From positions 6,523-70,522 of the forward strand of contig DASWWS010000001.1 in assembly GCA_036405895.1 (NCBI GenBank): a stretch of DNA of 64,000 bases. The letters run 5' to 3'. The notes beneath the pieces were generated by a model that saw nothing but the letters and a program-made list of their open reading frames with translations, ran no database searches and was not told where the DNA came from. Position 1 is the stretch's first letter; each line of letters starts with the position of its first letter. Origin of the DNA: Minisyncoccota bacterium. GTDB lineage: Bacteria > Patescibacteriota > Minisyncoccia > Phycocordibacterales > UBA9973. Positions 56,726 to 64,000 of the stretch are shown piece after piece. The translations under genes and the position numbers were made by a program.

Positions 56726-57568
56726 AGCCGGACCAAATGAGTATTGCAGAAACAACAGCAACATATTTCTCGGCATAGCCCTGACAATTTGTCGCCTGGG
56801 CCGCCGAGAAATCGGCGGCTTTTCTGTGAGAATCAAATGGATACGGTTATTTGATAAAAACAATCCTGTCCTTCCGTGGCATTTCTCTGAGTAAGAGAAG
56901 AGCGCAACTTCCCAACTGATAAGGTAGGAAGCGGTGCTGCTGCAGGTAGGAAGAGACAGAGCCGTCCAATAGAAAACATCACTTCGAGCGGTCGAAGGAT
57001 GGCGGACGTTAAAATAACCTCTCAATTGTTATGAATTGAGAGGAACATGATTTCTAGATTTCCTAATAGGAAATAAGAGCATATGGTGGATGCCTAGGTT
57101 CTACATGGCGATGAAAGACGCGAGTGGCGGCGATACGCTTCGGTGAGGTGCCTCTAACCTTTGACCCGGAGATTTCTGAATGGGGAAACCCAATAGAGCA
57201 AACCTCTATTACTGACGACCGTAAGAGTTGTCGGAGCGCACCCCGGGAAGTGAAACATCTCAGTACCGGGAGGAAAAGAAAACAATGCAGCGTAGCTGCG
57301 ATATTCCCCAAGTAGCGGCGAGCGAAAAGGGAGGAGCCCAAACCGGTTTCTTCGGAAACCGGGGTTGTAGGATAGAAACGTCGTTTTACGAGAAGAGTTA
57401 CAAAGTGTTTGTATAGAAGAAGTTGTTGGAAACCAACGTCATAGCGGGTGATAGCCCCGTATTCGAAATACAGATACCTCTTTTGTTTCTACTCCTGAGT
57501 ACTTCAAGACACGAATAGCTTGGAGGAATCTGCCGGAACTAACCGGTAAGGCTAAATACATTGTAGAA

Positions 57569-57613
<45 letters not shown>

Positions 57614-58187
57614 GAGAGGGGAGTGAAATAGTACTGAAACCATATGCTTACAAGGAGTCGGAGCGGGTATTTATATCCGTCACGGCGTGCCTATTGAAGA
57701 ATGAGCCAACGAGTTCATAAGTGCGGCTCGGCTAAGGAATAAAGTTCCGGAGCCAGAGGGAAACCAAGTGTTAATAGCGCGTAATTGGTCGTACTTATGA
57801 GACCCGAAGCCAGGTGAGCTACCCATGAGCAGGATGAAGTGCGCAGAGATGCGCATGGAGGTCCGAACCGGTAAGTCGTACAACGCTTTCGGATGACTTG
57901 TGGGTTGGAGTGAAAAGCTAATCGAACCTGGTAATAGCTGGTTCTCTCCGAAATAGCTTTAGGGTTAGCGTATCGTGTTCCCCTTGGGGGTAGAGCACTG
58001 GAAGGTTTCGACAGGGAGCAATCTCGCGACGCCTATCAAACTCCGAATACCAAGGATTAAAAACGATGCAGTTAGACTACGGGGGCTAAGCTCCGTCAGT
58101 CAAAAGGGAAACAGCCCAGATCTCTAAATAAGGTCCCTAAATTCATGCTAAGTGCGTCTTAAGGAGGTAAGATTTCTCAGACAATGA

Positions 58188-58219
<32 letters not shown>

Positions 58220-58299
58220 GAAAGCGTAACAGCTCACTCATCAAGAGATCTCGCGCCGCAGATAATCGGGGCTAAGCATGGTACCGAATTTGAGGGCTC

Positions 58300-58524
58300 G
58301 CGAACTTCATAAAGGAAGAAAGTTTCTTCTTTATGATGTTTCGAGGAGTGCTAAAAACCGTCAATCAAAGTAAAAGAGTTGGAACCTTAAAAAAGTTGTC
58401 GACTCCTGTTTAAATTCATCTCACTTAAGAAGAATGTTTAAATAACTCTGAACGATGGATGCACTCTTCGAAATCCAATAGAGGAAGATACACAAAAAAT
58501 ATCTTCCTTCTTTTATGAAGTTCG
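58300..58524 (+). other. Helix-45-type intervening sequence (extended AT-rich stem-loop) in 23S
   Basis: Inserted after GTACCGAATTTGAGGGCTCG. Terminal complementary arms CGAACTTCATAAAGGAAGAA...TTCTTCCTTCTTTTATGAAGTTCG. No group I P7 signature. Confidence 0.5.
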
Positions 58525-59269
58525 GGAGCGGTAGGAGAGTATTCCACTCTTGCTGTGAAGCCAAAGGCGTGAGCCATGGTGGAGCGTGTGGAAGTAAGAA
58601 TGTTGGCACAAGTAACCGCAAGCAAGGTGAGATCCCTTGCCGCCGAAAAACTAAGGTTTCCTGGGCAATGACGATCATCCCAGGGTTAGTCGGGTCCTAA
58701 GGTAATGGCGAAAGCCGCAGCCGATGGACAGTGGGTTAATATTCCCACACTTCTGTAATATTCGATGGAGTGACGAAGGATAGTAGCGTGAGCCGGTTAT
58801 TGGATTCCGGTGGGCATATCGAAGGTGGGGCGCAGGTAAATCCGTGCCCCTAGCTTAAATGCTGAACTAACAGGTACGACCCGATAGCTGGTACGCCAGC
58901 GGTAAGTCACGTGAGCATGCTTCCGAGAAAAGCTTCTAAGATTAGTATTATAGAACCCGTACCGTAAACCGACACAGGTAGTTAGGTCGAGTAGACCAAG
59001 GCGAACGAGTGAGAGATCCCCAAGGAACTCGGCAAACAAGCAGCCGTAACTTCGGAATAAGGCTTCCCCCCATAATGGTGGATTTAATGTATTTATATGT
59101 TGAATTCACCATTATGGGGGGCGCAGCGAAAGATTTCCTGGCAACTGTTTATCAAAAACACAGCTCCCTGCGAACTCGTAAGAGTATGTATAGGGGGTGA
59201 CACCTGACCAATGCCAGAAGGTTAATTACGGGTGGTGCGATTATATCAAGCTGACCTGTACAAGCCCTG

Positions 59270-59304
<35 letters not shown>

Positions 59305-59305
59305 T

Positions 59306-59514
59306 CTGGGTTTTTCTTTTCGGAGAAGAACCTAGAACGGACTAGGACCGCGTATAGAAAACGATAAACAATTAAATACAATAATCATTTACATTTCAAG
59401 CTACCTACCATGTCGTAATACATGGATAGTCCATTGTGATTAACGAGAGACCAACGTCACAGACCCGAACTTCGCAAGGAGAGGGTTAAGAGAGAGTCCA
59501 ACTGAGAGGAATAG
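59306..59514 (+). other. Putative small group I intron in 23S at the site equivalent to E. coli ~1931
   Basis: Interrupts GGTCCTAAGGT | ... | (T)TGAGCGAAATTCCTTGTCGGG. Has P7-like GGACTA / ATAGTCC pairing, ends in G, and contains no ORF. Confidence 0.5.
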
Positions 59515-59824
59515 TTGAGCGAAATTCCTTGTCGGGTAAGTTCCGACGCGCACGAATGGTGTAATGACTGGGAAGCTGTCTCGGGGATTTGCTCGGTGAA
59601 AATACAATACCGGTGAAGATGCCGGTTACCTGCAGTTAGACGAAAAGACCCCGGAAGCTTTACTATAGTTTGGTATTGGGTATGTTTGTGTAATACGTAG
59701 CATAGGAAGGAGACTTTGAAGCGCCGATTTCGGTCCGCGTGGAGTCGTCAGTGAAATACTTCTTTTTACATGGGCATACTCTAACAACAGCGGAAAAAAC
59801 GCCGTTGGACAGTGCCTGATTGGT

Positions 59825-59865
<41 letters not shown>

Positions 59866-60118
59866 GTTCAAAGGTCAGCTAGGCGCGAATGGAAACCGTG
59901 CCGATAGTGCAATGGCATAAGCTGGCTTGACTGTAAGGGGGCCATCCCGAGCAGGTGCGAAAGCAGAACATAGTGAACCGACAATTCGCATTAGATGCGG
60001 TTGAAGATTAACGGATAGAAGCTACTCCGGGGATAACAGGCTAGTTCCGCCTAAGAGTTCATATCGACGGCGGAGTTCGGCACCTCGATGTCGGCTCACC
60101 TTATCCCGGGGCTGGAGA

Positions 60119-60151
<33 letters not shown>

Positions 60152-60180
60152 AAGGTACGCGAGCTGGGTTCAGACCGTCC

Positions 60181-60593
60181 TGTAATGAAATAGATTTATC
60201 TAGATCATTGCAGGACCCGTCTGAATCCCGAGGAAATTTTTGTTCATTTTTTACAATAAAATGAACAGCAGAATAATTCTGTTTTAGTCTTTTCGTTTAA
60301 AATGTATACAAGTGATCCTGCAATTTCACTTGTATATAAAAGATATAGTTTGTTCGTGCTAAGGCTTAGAACAAACAAAGTGAGAACCATCTTATTACGG
60401 CGGTCTTCAGTGGCGACATTGAATGACATGCTCAACTAATATCGGTAAAACCCACAATAGAAATTATTGGGGGCAATACCGAGGGAAGGGTAGTAATACC
60501 CACCCGTAGAGACTACACGTTGAGGTGCTCGCAATTTACTTTGCTGAGTACAAGATATAGTCCGTTCCATACAGTAATGTGTGAAAAGAAGCG
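60181..60593 (+). other. Putative group I intron in 23S at the site equivalent to E. coli ~2593-2595 (peptidyl-transferase region)
   Basis: Interrupts GGGTTCAGACCGTCC | ... | TAAGACAGGTTGGTC. Contains GTAGAGACTAC and the hallmark ACAAGATATAGTCCG (compare Tetrahymena AAGAUAUAGUCGGACC). Ends in G. No homing endonuclease ORF. Confidence 0.6.
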
Positions 60594-60733
60594 TAAGACA
60601 GGTTGGTCTCCTATCTACTGCAGGCGTTGATATTTGAGGAAATTCGCTCCTAGTACGAGAGGACCGGAGTGAACGAACCTCTGGTGTACGGGCTCTAGCG
60701 CCAGCTGGACCGCCCGGTAGCTATGTTCGGAAT

Positions 60734-60766
<33 letters not shown>

Positions 60767-60925
60767 AGTTCCAAGATTAGATATCGTTTGAGGGCCGTGA
60801 GAGATGATCACGTTGATAGGCACTAAGTGGAAGCGTAGTAATATGTTGAGCTGAGGTGTACTAATTGCCCGATTCCTATTAGGAAATCTGGAAATCATAC
60901 AGAAATAATTTGTTCGAGTCCACTG

Positions 60926-61038
60926 TCTTGGTGGTTTGTCGCAGGGGTCACACCTCTTCCCATTCCGACCAGAGAAGTTAAGACCTGTAGAACCGATGAT
61001 ACTCAGTTTTCTGGGGAAAGTAGGTAGCTGCCAGGACT
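60926..61038 (+). rRNA. rrf: 5S ribosomal RNA
   Basis: CCGACCAGAGAAGTTAAGACCTGTAGAACCGATGATACTCAG matches the 5S loop B/C consensus. About 113 nt. A terminator follows at 61061-61090. Confidence 0.85.
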
Positions 61039-61060
61039 GTGGACTTGAATAAGTTTCATA

Positions 61061-61090
61061 AAAAAGCACCCGAAAGGGTGCTTTTTTGCT
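61061..61090 (+). terminator. Rho-independent terminator after 5S rRNA
   Basis: AAAAAAGCACCC-gaaa-GGGTGCTTTTTTG. Confidence 0.75.
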
Positions 61091-61177
61091 TTTCATTATT
61101 GGAAATAATCCTTACGCAGTAAGGATTTGTTGACGATTCGGAATTTAAAGAGTAGTGTATAAAAAAAACTTGCACAC

Positions 61178-61969
61178 ATGAAAGAGTCCAACAATCGTTC
61201 TGTCCTCCTCAGAGTAGGGCAAGAAATCTTGATGACGAAAGATTTGTCAATAAGAATACTGCAGTATCAAAAAATTCTTATTCGCCAGCCGTTTTCTGAC
61301 TGCGAAAATTTCAGGTATTATTTTCAGGAATTGATTGAAGATATTGTGTTGCATCCACGCAACTACGACCTTGTCTCAATGCTTGGGAAATATGTCAATG
61401 CACTCACTGCTCGACTGTACCGTCTTTTGACAGCGAAAACGCCAAAAATCGCAATGATTGGCGGAGTATATCGTTTTTTGGCAAGTGTGGGATATACGCA
61501 TGCCGTGTATGTCACCCTTTGTTCTGTTGAAAAACGAAATCCGGGAACCGTTGCCGATACGCTGCTTTCTTCTACGTATTCTTCCTATATCAGCAAGAAT
61601 CTGCAGACAACAGCAGACCTCTTCTATGGTTTTTATGAGAAGACTCTTGTTGATATTGAGAGCGCGCCGCCCGCGTGTCTGGAGCATGTTCTCGAAGAAG
61701 TATTGCAGTTTCAGGAGATTGCCAACTGTTTTGTTTTGATGCCGGAGTTACAGATATACTGCGAGAACATTCAAGAAATTCTTGTTAAGCAAATACATTT
61801 TCTTTCTTTTGAAAACTTGAAATTGGAAGAGCTGTATGCGCTGAAAGAGGTAATGGATGTGGGGTTAGATAAAAACCTTTTTGGAAAAGAAAAAGAAACG
61901 GTATATCACTGCAGACAAATGGTCATTTCATTTATCGGTCTCGATGAACAAAAGAGAGACGAACTGTAA
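61178..61969 (+). CDS. Hypothetical cytoplasmic protein
   Basis: 263-aa ORF with good coding signal and no recognised motif. A terminator follows at 61979-62005. Confidence 0.35.
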   Translation: MKESNNRSVLLRVGQEILMTKDLSIRILQYQKILIRQPFSDCENFRYYFQELIEDIVLHPRNYDLVSMLGKYVNALTARLYRLLTAKTPKIAMIGGVYRFLASVGYTHAVYVTLCSVEKRNPGTVADTLLSSTYSSYISKNLQTTADLFYGFYEKTLVDIESAPPACLEHVLEEVLQFQEIANCFVLMPELQIYCENIQEILVKQIHFLSFENLKLEELYALKEVMDVGLDKNLFGKEKETVYHCRQMVISFIGLDEQKRDEL

Positions 61970-62023
61970 TCTTAAAAAAGCCCGCGCTTTATAGTGCGGG
62001 CTTTTTACTATAGAATAGGGGGA

Positions 62024-62803
62024 ATGAATTGGGCAGAACGTCGTAAACTTACCTATATCGCGCTGGTGTTTTTAGTGCTCGGGCTTATTGCCTATGGGAT
62101 CTTCCGACAAATCACTTCGGTTACGCCAACATGTTATGATCTCCGCCGAAACGGCGACGAGAAGGGAGTAGACTGCGGAGGCACGTGCTTGCAGTACTGT
62201 CCTAACGAACTTGCGAATCCGAAAGTTCGCTGGGTACGAACATTCCAGATGACAAGCACTGTTGCACAGTCTATTGCGTATATTGAGCACAACAACGCTA
62301 CTGCGGGTGCACAGCTCGTAGGGTATACCTTCAAGCTCTATGACGAAAAAAATACGCTTATTATCGAACGAAAGGGAACAACATTCCTCGGCCCCATGGG
62401 GCGCACTGCAATAGTGGAGACATTGATACCAACCGGAAACGTGACAGTTGCCCGCACCACACTTACGTTTACCGACCCTATTGTATGGGAGAAGATTCCG
62501 AGCAGCTATTCCCAGGTCGTGGTAAAGACCGATCGCACATTGATCGAGCCGGCAGAAACAGGAACACGCTTGATTGCAACGCTTGAAAATACTGCGCGCT
62601 ATAATTTTTCCAATGTAGATGTTGTCGCTATTCTCTACGACAGGGAAGACAACGCTATTACTGCTTCAAAAGTTCTGGTGCCACAATTACCGGCACTGGC
62701 AACGCAAACAGTAAACTTCACCTGGCCGTTCGCTCTCCCTCGGGAGGCATTCCGCACTGAAATTGTCGTCCGGTTTAATCCGTTTACTGCACAGACGCTA
62801 TGA
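62024..62803 (+). CDS. Hypothetical membrane-anchored extracellular protein
   Basis: N-terminal TM helix (LTYIALVFLVLGLIAYGIF) plus a beta-rich domain. Translationally coupled to rodA. Confidence 0.35.
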   Translation: MNWAERRKLTYIALVFLVLGLIAYGIFRQITSVTPTCYDLRRNGDEKGVDCGGTCLQYCPNELANPKVRWVRTFQMTSTVAQSIAYIEHNNATAGAQLVGYTFKLYDEKNTLIIERKGTTFLGPMGRTAIVETLIPTGNVTVARTTLTFTDPIVWEKIPSSYSQVVVKTDRTLIEPAETGTRLIATLENTARYNFSNVDVVAILYDREDNAITASKVLVPQLPALATQTVNFTWPFALPREAFRTEIVVRFNPFTAQTL

Positions 62804-63924
62804 TGGGGAAACTGACACGAGGCTTTGACTGGGTGCTGGTTGGGGCCATTGTGCCCATAGCCCTTGGCGGACTTGCCACTATGACCTCCTTTGAGGGTAA
62901 TAGCGGGCTTTTTGTGCGACAGCTCATATGGCTCTTGGTGGGAATCGGCATCATGTTTGTGATTGCAAAAATTGATGTGCGGTTTTTGCGCGACTCGCGC
63001 TACATCACGCTGTTTTACGGCATTGCACTTTCTTTGCTGGTGCTCGTCCTTTTGATAGGAAAGACAGTGAAAGGTTCAACGAGCTGGTTTGATTTTGGAG
63101 GAGTGTCCTTTCAGCCGACAGACTTGGTGAAGCTTTTGGTGATTGCAATCTTGGCAAAATATTTCTCACGCCGCCATGTTGAAATTGCGCGCATCAAGCA
63201 CCTGCTTATCTCCGCGCTCTACGCAGCCCTTCCTATCGCGCTGATTATGCTCCAGCCGGACTTTGGATCGGCAATGGTGATTGCGGGGCTGTGGCTTGGC
63301 ATGGCGCTTGTAGCGGGCATTTCAAAGCGGCACATTCTTATTGTGCTCGGAGCGACCGCAGTTGCGTTTGCGATAGCGTGGATATTTTTGTTCAAGCCGT
63401 ATCAAAAGGCCCGCATTGAAACATTCATCAATCCCACCGCAGATATTCGGGGAAGCGGGTACAATGCGTACCAATCTGTCATTGCAGTAGGTTCCGGCGG
63501 AGTGCTTGGAAAAGGATTGGGCTACGGCACGCAAAGCCGCCTGAACTATTTGCCGGAATACGAAACAGACTTTATCTTTGCGGCCTTTGCGGAAGAATGG
63601 GGTTTTATTGGAGGGCTTATTATTGTCGCTGCGTTTTGCGTATTGTTGTGGCGGCTGGTCTTGCACGCCATGCGTGGAGCATCGAACTTTGAAACACTCT
63701 TTTGCGTGGGCTTTGCATTGATGATATTTGGGCACGTCATCGTCAACATCGGCATGAATATCGGCATTATGCCGGTGACGGGAATTCCGCTGCCGTTTAT
63801 GAGCTATGGAGGATCGCACCTCTTGGGGGAGTTCATTGGCCTTGGTATAGTGATGAGTATGGCGCGGTTTGAGCGGGGAATGCACCCCGATGATATCCAT
63901 AACGAATTTCTCGGATATGCATAG
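62800..63924 (+). CDS. rodA: SEDS-family peptidoglycan glycosyltransferase RodA/FtsW
   Basis: 10-TM SEDS pattern. NYLPEYETDFIFAAFAEEWGFIGG and C-terminal GIPLPFMSYGGS are conserved. Confidence 0.8.
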   Translation: MMGKLTRGFDWVLVGAIVPIALGGLATMTSFEGNSGLFVRQLIWLLVGIGIMFVIAKIDVRFLRDSRYITLFYGIALSLLVLVLLIGKTVKGSTSWFDFGGVSFQPTDLVKLLVIAILAKYFSRRHVEIARIKHLLISALYAALPIALIMLQPDFGSAMVIAGLWLGMALVAGISKRHILIVLGATAVAFAIAWIFLFKPYQKARIETFINPTADIRGSGYNAYQSVIAVGSGGVLGKGLGYGTQSRLNYLPEYETDFIFAAFAEEWGFIGGLIIVAAFCVLLWRLVLHAMRGASNFETLFCVGFALMIFGHVIVNIGMNIGIMPVTGIPLPFMSYGGSHLLGEFIGLGIVMSMARFERGMHPDDIHNEFLGYA

Positions 63925-64000
63925 CAATTTCAATACATTTCTTTTTAGTTTGATCAATGATGGAGCGGGGTACTACACGGTGCTTGATTTTATTTTTGTG

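Noticed and set aside
58421-58678. 85-aa and 66-aa ORFs inside the 23S IVS region, and the 60244-60435 ORF inside the second intron
   Set aside because: They lie within rRNA/intron sequence on the minus strand and have no homing-endonuclease motifs (LAGLIDADG, GIY-YIG, H-N-H). Low-complexity. The introns appear ORF-less.

Overview
This 64-kb window looks like a small-genome, CPR/Patescibacteria-type bacterium (Parcubacteria-like). That placement is my inference from gene content and organisation, not from any database hit. The genes are short and tightly packed and mostly housekeeping. Left to right the main blocks are: a tripartite MacAB-type ABC efflux module (1-2733); four type IV pilin-like genes flanking a SIMPL-secE-nusG block (2748-6624); and rplK followed by a terminator with no rplA. 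Next come a dCTP-deaminase-family gene convergent with a long ThyX, then argS and an IS200/RAYT-type tyrosine transposase bracketed by inverted copies of a REP-like palindrome. The same palindrome recurs at other operon ends. After ndk come a beta-CASP hydrolase, a T-box-like leader upstream of ileS, and an IleRS carrying an in-frame histidine-phosphatase (PGAM-family) domain. Further on are recO, glyQS, an M16 peptidase, an AI-2E transporter, metG, tatD, rpsF-ssb-rpsR, a minus-strand ftsK-recA-efp block and an acidic peptidoglycan-binding surface protein. A surface-glycan locus of about 14 kb follows, with two GT11 fucosyltransferases, GT2/GT4 transferases, Wzx, Wzy-like proteins and a WbaP-type priming transferase. 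The window ends with rplJ-rplL displaced about 46 kb from rplK, then a 23S-5S rRNA pair with no upstream 16S and finally rodA. The 23S carries about 0.8 kb of insertions: a helix-45 IVS and two ORF-less group-I-like introns at positions equivalent to E. coli ~1931 and ~2593. I found no tRNA and no CRISPR array. The most unusual items are the IleRS-PGAM domain insertion, the RAYT/REP system, the 23S introns, the T-box leader and two ORF-free candidate ncRNA regions.
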